64,000 bases of DNA from Flavobacteriales bacterium (lineage in GTDB: Bacteria; Bacteroidota; Bacteroidia; Flavobacteriales_F; PHOS-HE28), in assembly GCA_024103275.1 (NCBI GenBank), contig JAGFIV010000066.1:10531-74530 (forward strand), written 5' to 3'. A model generated the notes under the pieces. The model was not told the origin of the DNA. It searched no databases and saw only the letters and a list, made by a program, of their open reading frames with translations. The position numbers and the translations under genes are program-made. Positions 17,493 to 26,453 of the stretch are shown piece after piece. Positions within the stretch are counted from its first letter, which is position 1. Every line of letters begins with the position of its first letter.

Positions 17493-18485
17493 TCAGTTGT
17501 TCTTGCCCATTTGCAGCATGTCCTTGATTCCGCCCACGCTGCTGAGCACGCCGGTGGCCTCGAAGGGGATGTAGATCACCTTGTTGTCCTTGCCGCTGGT
17601 CATTTCCTCCAAGGTCTCCAGGTAGCGCATCGCGATCAAGTAGTTCACCGGGTCGCCGTTGGAGGCCCGGATGGCCTCGGTGACCAGGCGGATGGCCTCG
17701 GCCTCGCCCTGCGCCCGCCGGATACGTGCCTGCGCATCCCCTTCGGCCTGAAGCACCTGGGCCTGCTTTTGGCCCTCCGCCTCGTTGATCTGCTTTTGCT
17801 GCACGGCCTCGGCCTGCAGGATCACGGCGCGCTTGGTCCCTTCGGCATCGATGATCTGGGCACGCTTGTCCCGCTCGGCGCGCATCTGCTTCTCCATGGC
17901 TTCGCGGATGTCGCGCGGCGGGTTGATGTCCTGCAGTTCCACCCGGTTCACCTTCACGCCCCATTTGTGGCTCGCCTCATCGAGGATGGTGCGCAGCTTG
18001 GCGTTGATCGTGTCGCGGCTGGTCAAGGTCTCATCCAGGTCCAGCTCGCCGATCACGTTCCGCAAGGTGGTCTGGGTCAGCTTTTCTATGGCCATCGGCA
18101 GGTTCTCGATCTCGTAGATCGCCTTCACCGGGTCCATGACCTGGAAGTAGAGCAGGGCGTTGATCTCCGTCATCACGTTGTCCTTGGTGATCACGTTCTG
18201 GCGGGGGAAATCATACACCGTCTCCCGCAGGTCGATGCGCTCCTTCTTCACGAACTGCACGAATTTGTCGCCGTTGGGCAGCTCCCGGCTGAAGCGGTAG
18301 GTGATCTCGCGCGGCTTGTCGAACACCGGGATGATGATGTTGAACCCGGCCGTGAGGGTCTCGCGGTATTTGCCCAGGCGTTCAATGATCATCGCCTCGC
18401 TTTGCTGCACGATGCGCACGCCCTTGGCGATGATGAACAGGACGAAGAGGGCGATGAGCAGAAGGATGAACGTACCGGTGGTCAT
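17493..18485 (-). CDS. SPFH/band-7 (stomatin/paraslipin-like) protein
   Basis: Start taken at MTTGTFILLL, an N-terminal TM anchor. A PHB domain follows (VRIVQQSEAMIIERLGKY...NVMTEINALLYFQVMDP), then a coiled-coil region rich in Ala/Glu/Gln. Confidence 0.8.
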   Translation of the reverse strand: MTTGTFILLLIALFVLFIIAKGVRIVQQSEAMIIERLGKYRETLTAGFNIIIPVFDKPREITYRFSRELPNGDKFVQFVKKERIDLRETVYDFPRQNVITKDNVMTEINALLYFQVMDPVKAIYEIENLPMAIEKLTQTTLRNVIGELDLDETLTSRDTINAKLRTILDEASHKWGVKVNRVELQDINPPRDIREAMEKQMRAERDKRAQIIDAEGTKRAVILQAEAVQQKQINEAEGQKQAQVLQAEGDAQARIRRAQGEAEAIRLVTEAIRASNGDPVNYLIAMRYLETLEEMTSGKDNKVIYIPFEATGVLSSVGGIKDMLQMGKNN

Positions 18486-18487
18486 GG

Positions 18488-18937
18488 TCAGGGGGGGCTT
18501 ACGGGTTTGATGATGAGGGTATTGCTTTCCACACGGACCACCTCCACGGGGTCGCCCATGCGCAATGGTGATTCCGAGACACTTTCGGCGCGCCAATCAT
18601 CTCCGCCCACTTGCACACGCCCAAGGCGCAGGGCCGGGTCGAAGTCCTGGCTGACATAGCCGCGCATGCCCACCAGGGCATCGGCATTGGTGCGTACGTC
18701 CGCTTTCCGCCAGAAGTGCCTCATCAGCAGGGGGCGGACGGTGAAGAATGCCACCAAGGAGAAGGCCGAAAAGACCAGGAGCTGGCCCGCCGGGCCAAAG
18801 CCCAAGGCTGCGGTGATGCTGGCGCCGATACACCCGATGCCGAGGCAAAAAAGGAAGAACCCGGGCAGGAAGATCTCCGCGATCATCATCAACAGGGCCA
18901 AGCCTGCCCACCAATGCCATTGAAAAAAATCCATCAT
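18488..18937 (-). CDS. NfeD-family membrane protein (stomatin operon partner)
   Basis: Start taken at MMDFFQWHWW. TM helices are followed by a C-terminal OB-fold-like segment (GMRGYVSQDFDPALRLGRVQVGGDDWRAES...GDPVEVVRVESNTLIIKP) typical of short NfeD proteins. It lies 2 nt upstream of the SPFH gene. Confidence 0.65.
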   Translation of the reverse strand: MMDFFQWHWWAGLALLMMIAEIFLPGFFLFCLGIGCIGASITAALGFGPAGQLLVFSAFSLVAFFTVRPLLMRHFWRKADVRTNADALVGMRGYVSQDFDPALRLGRVQVGGDDWRAESVSESPLRMGDPVEVVRVESNTLIIKPVSPP

Positions 18938-19048
18938 GTGTTGAAGCGAAGCGCAAGATAGGCTTGTCCCGTCCTCCAAGGTACGGCCTTGGGGATGAGC
19001 GGTCCCTGCACGGGATGAAAGCCCCGCCTTGCCCTACTTTCGCGACCT

Positions 19049-20848
19049 ATGCGGCAGAAGATCATTGGCTTCCTGCGATCACCCCAGGGCCGGGATAGCC
19101 TGCTGACCACCCTCACGGAAGGGCTTTCCATGCTGGGCATGGTGCTCACCTACCGGCTGGCCGCACAGGTAAGCAAGCAGGACCTGGACGTGTATGTGAT
19201 CGTGCGGCGCACCGTGAACTTCGTGTTCCCCGTGATCCTGATGGGGGCCATGGTGGGCCTCACCCGCTTCGTGGCCATGAGCCAGGAGCCCGCACGGAAG
19301 CGCGGCTACCTGCGTGGCGCCTTGGCCTGGGTGGTGCCCTTGAGCGCCGCCACCATGGTCCTCTCGTTCCTGCTCGCCCGTCCCTTGGCCTGGCTCATCT
19401 TCGGTTCCGAGGAAGGGGCCGCATGGATCCCCCCGCTGGCACTGATGACCGTGGGCATCAGCCTGCATGGCGTGGCCTACGGCTATCTGCGGGGCAAGCC
19501 CGCCACGGCGACCGCGAACTTCGTGCAGCTCTGGGTACTCGCCCTGGCCCCCTGCGCCGCCTTCATCCTGTGGTCCGACATGACCACGGTGCTCTGGGCC
19601 ACGGGCATCGCGTGGGTGGCGGTACCCTTGTTGTCCATCACCCCTTCGCTGATGCGTGGCGGGCCCAAGATGCGCCGCGAGCGCAGCGAGCTGCTGCGCT
19701 ATGGGCTGCCGCGTGTGCCGGGCGACATCGCCCTGGGGGCCCTGCTCACCGTGCCGGGCTATGTGGCCCTGCGCACCTACGGGCTGGACCTCAGCGGCGA
19801 GGTGGGCTTCGCGGCCACCCTGCTCAACCTGGCCGCAGCCGTATTCTCGCCCGTGGCCCTGCTGCTGTTGCCCGCCGCTGCGGCCCGCCTGGCCGTGGGC
19901 GACCACGCCGGGCTGGAACGCCGGATCGGCCGGATGACCTGGATGGTGCTGGCCGCGTCGTTGCTGCTCACCCTGGCCTTCGAGGTCCTGTCGGAACCGC
20001 TGCTGGTGGCCTACCTGGGGCCCACCGGCAAGGCCTACCTCGCCATGTCCCGCATCGTCTTCATCGGGGCGCTGCCCTTCGCCTTTTTCAACGGCATGCG
20101 CAGCGTGCTCGATGCATACTTCCATACGCCCCGCAACGGCATGAACCTGATGGTGGCGTTCGGACTGCTGCTGCTGGGAAGCGCCGTGCACCTGGCCATT
20201 CCCACACCGTGGTATACCATGGGCGTGGTGCTGGTGGCCTCCATGTTCTGGCTGGGCTGGGCCACCTGGCGCGACGTGCGGTTCGTGCGCAGCGAATTGC
20301 TGCGCCTGGCCTCCCGTGAGGGCAACGCGCTGAACGTGCTGATGGTGGTGCCCGAGGCGGAGCCCGATGGTGGCTACCGCATCGCCGATGGGCAGGCAAA
20401 GGCCCTGGAAGCCGATGGTGCCAGGGCATCGCTCTTCTTCCTGGGCCGGCACCTCCCTCTGTTGGGGCTGTACCGCGCACGGAGAAGGCTGAAGCGGCAC
20501 TTGAAGGACCACCGGCCCGATGTGGTGCATGTCTATTTCGGGTCGGTCACGGCGCTGTTCACCGTATTGGTCAGCTCGGTGCCCGTGGTGGTCACCTTTA
20601 TGGGCGACGACCTGGACCGGCGCAGCGTGAAAGGCATTGCGCGGCCATGGGTAGGCGGACTGTTCAGCCAGGTGGCGGCCTTTTTCGCCAGCGGGATCAT
20701 CTGTACGGAGGAAAGCCTGCGCGACCGCCTGTGGTGGCGGCAGGGCGAGGCGGTGGTCCTGCCCTTGTTGCCCGACGGAAGCGCAAACACCGGGGAGGTC
20801 CTGGGGTTCCTGCGGGAAGTGGCCCTGCGGGGTGACGTGAAACCGTAA
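19049..20848 (+). CDS. MOP-superfamily polysaccharide biosynthesis (Wzx-like flippase) protein fused to a GT4 N-terminal-half domain
   Basis: Residues 1-~400 form a polytopic membrane domain of Polysacc_synt type. Residues ~410-599 (LNVLMVVPEAEPDGG...HRPDVVHVYFGSVTALFTVLVSSVPVVVTFMGDDL) resemble the N-terminal Rossmann half of GT4 glycosyltransferases. No C-terminal catalytic half follows. Confidence 0.55.
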   Translation: MRQKIIGFLRSPQGRDSLLTTLTEGLSMLGMVLTYRLAAQVSKQDLDVYVIVRRTVNFVFPVILMGAMVGLTRFVAMSQEPARKRGYLRGALAWVVPLSAATMVLSFLLARPLAWLIFGSEEGAAWIPPLALMTVGISLHGVAYGYLRGKPATATANFVQLWVLALAPCAAFILWSDMTTVLWATGIAWVAVPLLSITPSLMRGGPKMRRERSELLRYGLPRVPGDIALGALLTVPGYVALRTYGLDLSGEVGFAATLLNLAAAVFSPVALLLLPAAAARLAVGDHAGLERRIGRMTWMVLAASLLLTLAFEVLSEPLLVAYLGPTGKAYLAMSRIVFIGALPFAFFNGMRSVLDAYFHTPRNGMNLMVAFGLLLLGSAVHLAIPTPWYTMGVVLVASMFWLGWATWRDVRFVRSELLRLASREGNALNVLMVVPEAEPDGGYRIADGQAKALEADGARASLFFLGRHLPLLGLYRARRRLKRHLKDHRPDVVHVYFGSVTALFTVLVSSVPVVVTFMGDDLDRRSVKGIARPWVGGLFSQVAAFFASGIICTEESLRDRLWWRQGEAVVLPLLPDGSANTGEVLGFLREVALRGDVKP

Positions 20849-20849
20849 C

Positions 20850-22145
20850 GTGATGGTGCAGCGTGGCAATCCGGGCCAAGCTCCCCAGGAGAAACCTTTC
20901 CTGCATTCGGTGGCCCTGCTGTTCAGTGGTACGGTGGCGGCCCAGCTTATACCTTTCCTGCTGGCACCGGTGATCGCGCGGCTGTATGATGCCGAACAAT
21001 TTGCCGTATTCGGCACGTTGCTCGCCGTGTTCAACATCACCAACGTGGTGGCAGCCGGGCGCTACGACCAGGCCGTGGTGCTCCCCCGTGAACGGGCCCA
21101 GGCCAGCGACCTCGTCAAGGGCGCGCTCCTGCTGGTGACCCTATTCACCATGCTGGTGGCCGTGGTCCTCCTGGCCTTCGGTCAGCGGCTGGAACGGGCG
21201 GTCACGCTCCCCGAGCTCCACCGTATGGTGAGGCCCTTGGTGGCACTGACCTTCCTCGGGGGAACACAATTGGTGCTGCTGCAATGGCTGTTACGCCATC
21301 GCGCCTTCCCGGTGATCGCCCGCCAGAAGGTGCTGCAATCGGTGGCCGTCACGGGCCTCACACTGCTGTTCGGCTGGCTGGCCTGGCGCAGCGGCCTGGT
21401 GCTGGGCTATGTGCTGGGCTGGGGGCTGTACGCCGTGGCCACGGCCTGGGTGGTGGCGCGTTCTTTTCCGCTGGAACACGGCTGGCGTTCCGCTGCGATC
21501 AAGGGAGCATTGAAGACCTACAAGGATTGGCCCTTGCACAATGCCTGGCCTGCCGTGCTGAACGCCGTGGCCTCGGGCATGGCGGTGATCTACATGGTGG
21601 CCTACTTCGATACGCAGGTGGTGGGCGAGCACAATTTCGCGCGGCAGTACCTGCTGGTGCCCATCAGCATGGTGAGCGTGGCACTGGGGCAGGTGCTCTT
21701 CGAGCGCACGGCGACCCGCGTGCGGGAACAACGGCCCATCCGCGCCGAATTGAAACGCGTGGCCGTGGTGCTGGCCGCCGCGGCGGTGGGCATCGCCGTG
21801 GTGGTGACGCTTTTCGGCGAGCCGCTGTTCGCCTGGGTCCTCGGTGAGCAATGGCGTTATGCCGGCCACTTGGCGGGCATCCTGGTGTGGGGCTATGCCG
21901 CGCAGCTGGTGGGCAGCCCGCTGGGCGCGCAGCTGATCGCCATGGGCAAGGTGAAGGCGGCCATGGCCTTCCCCGTGTTCTATGCATTGCTGCTCGCCGT
22001 GCTTCCCGCGTTCAAGCATGTTTCCGCCGAGCAGTTCATGGCCTTGCTCAGTGCTACGGAGGTACTGGCCTATGGCGGTTATGCGGCCTGGGTGTGGTAT
22101 CATGCGGGGCGTTATGAACGCACGTTGCAGCAGCAAGCGGCGTGA
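20850..22145 (+). CDS. oligosaccharide flippase family (Wzx-like) membrane protein
   Basis: 431 aa with about 12 predicted TM segments. The N-terminus (LLFSGTVAAQLIPFLLAPVIARLYDAEQFAVFGTLLAVFNI) is typical of the Polysacc_synt family. It may start at GTG 20850 or ATG 20853. Confidence 0.65.
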   Translation: MMVQRGNPGQAPQEKPFLHSVALLFSGTVAAQLIPFLLAPVIARLYDAEQFAVFGTLLAVFNITNVVAAGRYDQAVVLPRERAQASDLVKGALLLVTLFTMLVAVVLLAFGQRLERAVTLPELHRMVRPLVALTFLGGTQLVLLQWLLRHRAFPVIARQKVLQSVAVTGLTLLFGWLAWRSGLVLGYVLGWGLYAVATAWVVARSFPLEHGWRSAAIKGALKTYKDWPLHNAWPAVLNAVASGMAVIYMVAYFDTQVVGEHNFARQYLLVPISMVSVALGQVLFERTATRVREQRPIRAELKRVAVVLAAAAVGIAVVVTLFGEPLFAWVLGEQWRYAGHLAGILVWGYAAQLVGSPLGAQLIAMGKVKAAMAFPVFYALLLAVLPAFKHVSAEQFMALLSATEVLAYGGYAAWVWYHAGRYERTLQQQAA

Positions 22146-22226
22146 CTGCGGTACGGCGCGCCGGGTAACCCCGGCCCGCCCACACGGCGGAATTGGAGTT
22201 TCTTTGTCCGGCCAACCACCCCGACC

Positions 22227-23324
22227 ATGTTGAAAGGCAAGACCGTCGCCGTTGTCGTCCCATGCTACAACGAGGAGAGCCAGATCGGTTTCGTGATCGG
22301 GACCATGCCCGACTTCGTGGACCGCATCGTGGTGGTGAACGACTGCAGCCCCGACCGAACCGCCGAGGTGGTGAAGCAGCTGATCACGAAGGAGCGTGCC
22401 AAGGGCGAAGGCGTGCGCATAGAACCCTACAAGGTGGAGCGCACCCGCTGGAACGAGGCGGAACTGGTGCTGCAGCAGGAAAGCGAGCGGGAATTGATGG
22501 AATACGTGCCCAGCGAGGTGGTGAATGAGCACCCGGACACGGACCGTATCATCCTGATCAACAACCTGAAGAACGGTGGGGTGGGGGCCGGCATCGCGCG
22601 GGGCTACAAATGGTGCAAGGACCATGCGATCGACTGTACCGCCGTGATGGCCGGCGACGGACAGATGGACCCCAATGAACTGGAGGGCATCTGCCGGCCG
22701 GTGATCGACGAAGGGATCGATTACGTGAAGGGCAATCGCCTGATCCACCGCAGCGCCTGGCTGGTGATCCCCAAGGTGCGCTTCTTCGGCAACAGCATCC
22801 TCAGCATCCTCACCAAACTGGCCAGCGGATACTGGCGCGTAAGCGACACCCAGACCGGCTACACCGCGATCGGCCTGCGCGCCATGCAAGCGATCAAATT
22901 GCACAAGATCTACCGCAGCTACGGCATGCCGAACGACATGCTGGTGAAGCTCAACATCGCCCAGTGCACCCTGCGCGAGGTGGAGATCAAACCCGTGTAC
23001 CGCGTGGGCGAGCAAAGCAAGATGAAGGTGATGAAGGTGATCCCACGGGTGAGCCGCCTGCTGATCAGGAGCTTCTTCATCCGCTTGTGGCGCAAGTACC
23101 TCTTCAAGGACTTCCACCCGCTCTTCATCTTCTATAACTATGCCTTCGTGGCGGGCCTGGTAGCCTTGCCTTACGCGTGGAAGATCGGCCGTTCCTTCTT
23201 CACCGGCATCTCGGTGAACACCGAGCCCTTGATCGCCTTCCTCTTCCTGGCCACCAGCAGCTTCCAGGCGCTGATCTTCGCCATGTGGATGGACATGCAG
23301 GACAACGAAAGGCTGTATAAATGA
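22227..23324 (+). CDS. GT2 glycosyltransferase, polyprenol-phosphate sugar synthase (GtrB/DPM1-like) type with C-terminal TM helices
   Basis: GT-A fold motifs are present (VVVPCYNEE, VVVNDCSPDRT, and a DxD in MAGDGQMDPNE). The C-terminal hydrophobic helices resemble those of bactoprenol glucosyltransferase GtrB. Confidence 0.8.
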   Translation: MLKGKTVAVVVPCYNEESQIGFVIGTMPDFVDRIVVVNDCSPDRTAEVVKQLITKERAKGEGVRIEPYKVERTRWNEAELVLQQESERELMEYVPSEVVNEHPDTDRIILINNLKNGGVGAGIARGYKWCKDHAIDCTAVMAGDGQMDPNELEGICRPVIDEGIDYVKGNRLIHRSAWLVIPKVRFFGNSILSILTKLASGYWRVSDTQTGYTAIGLRAMQAIKLHKIYRSYGMPNDMLVKLNIAQCTLREVEIKPVYRVGEQSKMKVMKVIPRVSRLLIRSFFIRLWRKYLFKDFHPLFIFYNYAFVAGLVALPYAWKIGRSFFTGISVNTEPLIAFLFLATSSFQALIFAMWMDMQDNERLYK

Positions 23325-23373
23325 TACGGACCGCCGCTTCGTGCATGCACAAAGCGGAACCGACCCCTTGATC

Positions 23374-25398
23374 ATGTGCGGCATCTTCGGCACCATAGCA
23401 CCAAAGCAGTCCGGTATGGACCGGCAGCTCTACACGGCCATCATCCGGGAGCTTTTCCTGTTGAGCGAGACCCGTGGAAAGGAAAGCAGCGGTATAGCCA
23501 TCCGTAACGCGGCCCATCGCACGATCCATGTCACCAAGGAGGACATCCCCTCCAGTGAGTTGATCGGATCGGACCGGTATCGTGCGTTCCTGGAGGCCGC
23601 CCTTGGCCCGGAGGAGCATGTGGAGCTCGCCGCCATCGCGCACAGCCGCCTGGTCACCAACGGCACCCAGGAGCACAACTTCAACAACCAGCCTTGCATC
23701 AAGGACGGGGTGGTGCTGGTGCACAACGGCATCGTCACCAACGTGGATGCGCTTTGGGCGAAGTACGCGGGCCGGATACAGCGGCAGTACGAGGTGGATA
23801 CCGAGGTGATCGCTGCCTTGTTCCGCCTCTTCCTGGCCGAGGAAGCCGGCCCGGTGGAAGCCGTCCGACGGGTGTTCGCCGAAATGGAAGGTGCGGCCAG
23901 CGTGGCCATCCTGATCAACGATGCCAAGCAATTGCTGTTGGCCACGAACACCGGCTCCCTGTATGCCGTGGACGGCGGTGAAGGCTGCATGGCCTTTGCA
24001 TCCGAGGAGTACATCATGCGCACGTTCACCGGGCGCGAAGGGGTGAAGGACCGCTTCGGAGGCAGGGCCGTGGAGTGGGTCCGGCCGTTCACCGGAAGGT
24101 TGATCGACCTGGGGAGCGGCACGGCCACCGCGTTCAACCTGCATAATGATCTGCCGGCCCCCCGAATGGAACCGGTCGAACCATTCGAGATCAAGGACCA
24201 CTCGCCGAAGGCCCAGGCCGTGGAACGGCCGGTGCCGGTGATCGGGTCGGAGGGACGCCTGCGCGCGTTGGTCGAGTTCCCCGAGGAAGTGATGCGCACC
24301 ATCCGGCGCTGCTCCAAATGCCTGCTGCCCGAGACCTTCCCCTTCATCCGCTACGACCGATCGGGGGTTTGCAACTATTGCCACAGCTACAAGCCCAAAG
24401 GACTCAAGGAGGACAAGCGTCCGCAGTTCGAGGAGGTGCTGAAGAAGTACCGCCGCAGCGATGGCAAGCCCGACTGCATCGTGGCCTTCAGCGGCGGGCG
24501 CGACAGCAGCTACGGCCTGCACCTGCTGGTGAAGGAGTTCGGCATGACCCCGCTCACCTTCACCTACGACTGGGGGCTGGTCACCGACCTGGCGCGGCGC
24601 AACATCGCGCGCATGACCGGCAAGCTGGGCGTGGAGAACATCCTGGTGAGCGCCGACATCAAGATGAAGCGCCGCAACGTGCGCCTGAACATGGAGGCCT
24701 GGCTGAAGCGCCCGCGCCTGGGCATGATCCCGTTGTTCATGGCGGGCGACAAGCACTTCTTTGTCCACGTGAACAACATCCGGCGGCAAACGGGCATCCA
24801 CTGCGACATCTGGATGGAGAACAAGCTGGAGAACACCGACTTCAAGGCCGGCTTCGCAGGGATCAAGCCCAACTTCGACAAGGAGCGGATCGATAAGCAG
24901 AGCACCTTGGCCAAGCTGCAGATGCCCCTGTACTACCTGCGCAACTTCCTGGCCAATCCCGGCTACCTCAACGCCAGTCTGCCCGATACCTACAGCGCCT
25001 TCAAGGCCTATTACACCGAACCGCGCGAGGTGTACCTGTTGCTTTTCGATTACATCCCCTGGGACGAGAAGACCATTGAGGATACCTTGATCGGCGGGTA
25101 CAACTGGGAGCTCTCGCCGGACACCACCAGCAGCTGGCGCATCGGCGACGGCACGGCGGCCTTCTACAACTATGTGTACGGCCTGGTGGCGGGATTCACC
25201 GAGTTCGATACCTTCCGCAGCAACCAGATCCGTGAGGGCATGATCTCCCGCGAGGAAGGGCTGCAGGCCGTGCTGCGCGAGAACAGGCCGCGGTTCGAGA
25301 GCATGCAGTGGTACTTCGACATCATCGGAGTGGACATGGAGCGCGCCCTGAAGGCGATCAACGCGATGCCAAGGCTGTACCACAAACCAATGGCATGA
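23374..25398 (+). CDS. fusion protein: class-II (Ntn) glutamine amidotransferase domain plus PP-loop N-acetyl sugar amidotransferase (WbuX/PseA-like) domain
   Basis: Start MCGIFG puts the catalytic Cys at position 2, as in AsnB/GlmS-type GATases. The C-terminal half carries the PP-loop motif AFSGGRDSS and a CNYC cysteine pair in the PDCIVAFSGGRDSSYGLHLL context, as in LPS N-acetyl-sugar amidotransferases. Confidence 0.7.
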   Translation: MCGIFGTIAPKQSGMDRQLYTAIIRELFLLSETRGKESSGIAIRNAAHRTIHVTKEDIPSSELIGSDRYRAFLEAALGPEEHVELAAIAHSRLVTNGTQEHNFNNQPCIKDGVVLVHNGIVTNVDALWAKYAGRIQRQYEVDTEVIAALFRLFLAEEAGPVEAVRRVFAEMEGAASVAILINDAKQLLLATNTGSLYAVDGGEGCMAFASEEYIMRTFTGREGVKDRFGGRAVEWVRPFTGRLIDLGSGTATAFNLHNDLPAPRMEPVEPFEIKDHSPKAQAVERPVPVIGSEGRLRALVEFPEEVMRTIRRCSKCLLPETFPFIRYDRSGVCNYCHSYKPKGLKEDKRPQFEEVLKKYRRSDGKPDCIVAFSGGRDSSYGLHLLVKEFGMTPLTFTYDWGLVTDLARRNIARMTGKLGVENILVSADIKMKRRNVRLNMEAWLKRPRLGMIPLFMAGDKHFFVHVNNIRRQTGIHCDIWMENKLENTDFKAGFAGIKPNFDKERIDKQSTLAKLQMPLYYLRNFLANPGYLNASLPDTYSAFKAYYTEPREVYLLLFDYIPWDEKTIEDTLIGGYNWELSPDTTSSWRIGDGTAAFYNYVYGLVAGFTEFDTFRSNQIREGMISREEGLQAVLRENRPRFESMQWYFDIIGVDMERALKAINAMPRLYHKPMA

Positions 25399-26453
25399 CC
25401 GGTGGTGCCATACTCCCCATGCTGGCGGTGTTCCTGCCCACACAGGTGCTTTTCGGCACGGCCACGGGCGCATTCCTGGTGCGGATGATGGCAACCGCCA
25501 AATGGCCGGACTGGGCCTTGCTGCTTCTGGGCATCGGCCTGGCCCCGTGCCTGGTGACCTTGGTGCTCTACTACTCCCTGTGGCTGTTCCCCGGCTTGCC
25601 GCATGGGATGGCCATCTTCGCTGTGGTGGCCTTTTTCGTTCTCCTGGGCGGGGCCGCGGGGCAGGGATGGCTAGCTTGGCGGCGATTGTTCCTTCAGTGC
25701 CGAAACCTGCGGTACGACCGATCCATGTGGCTCTTTGCCTTGTGCACCCTCGGGTTCATGGTGCTCGCCGTGGTGAAATTGTTGACCGCGCCATTGACCG
25801 AGCATGACATCCTGGAATATGCCGTACAAGGCCACGTCTTCCTGCGGGACATGGCCATCACCTATCAGCCACACCACTATGACGCCGCCACCGGCTTCTA
25901 TTACGTGGGCCTGCACGGTTTCTCCTTTCCGCTGCTTTTCACTTGGGAAGGCCTGGTATGGCCGGAGGCCTGGACCCTTTCAAATCCGTGGGTACGGGTG
26001 TTGACCCCATTTTATGCATGGTTGATCGTGGCATTGGGGTGGGGCCTGATGCGGCGCGTGGGCAGATGGTTCGCCGTTTGGTTCGTGTTGGCCTTGGGCG
26101 GTGCCATGGGCTTCTTCTTCCTGGGCACGGTGTACCACCTGGATGCCATGCGGATCTTCCTCTTCGCCGGTGTGGTGGTCCTTTTGACCCAGGCCATAAG
26201 CGATCCGCGCCCGGCCATCATCGGCTTGCTGGGTGTCGTTTGTGCTGCTGGGGCCGGTGTGCATTCGCTCAGCGCCATTTTGGCGTGCCTGGTGGGCTTG
26301 GTGTTGACGGCCCTGATGGAGGGAGGCATGATGCGCCGCCTGGGGGCTGCCCTTTGCTTCGGTTTGGCATTTCTCCTGGCCGGCGGGATCCACTATCCGG
26401 TGGATGTGTTCCTGGGAACCGGCTGGATCTTCAAGGATATCGTGTGGTACTGA
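25395..26453 (+). CDS. polytopic integral membrane protein (about 10 TM segments), family unassigned
   Basis: Start taken at MTGGAILPMLAVFL, overlapping the upstream stop by 4 nt. About 10 hydrophobic segments. No diagnostic motif is visible. It sits between a GtrB-like GT2 and another membrane protein. Confidence 0.45.
   Translation: MTGGAILPMLAVFLPTQVLFGTATGAFLVRMMATAKWPDWALLLLGIGLAPCLVTLVLYYSLWLFPGLPHGMAIFAVVAFFVLLGGAAGQGWLAWRRLFLQCRNLRYDRSMWLFALCTLGFMVLAVVKLLTAPLTEHDILEYAVQGHVFLRDMAITYQPHHYDAATGFYYVGLHGFSFPLLFTWEGLVWPEAWTLSNPWVRVLTPFYAWLIVALGWGLMRRVGRWFAVWFVLALGGAMGFFFLGTVYHLDAMRIFLFAGVVVLLTQAISDPRPAIIGLLGVVCAAGAGVHSLSAILACLVGLVLTALMEGGMMRRLGAALCFGLAFLLAGGIHYPVDVFLGTGWIFKDIVWY

Noticed and set aside
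19079-25494. Series of very long minus-strand ORFs (654, 701 and 764 aa) across the polysaccharide operon
   Set aside because: They are antisense to genes with clear glycosyltransferase and amidotransferase homology. Their His/Gly/Arg/Ala-rich low-complexity translations show no hydrophobic-segment periodicity.
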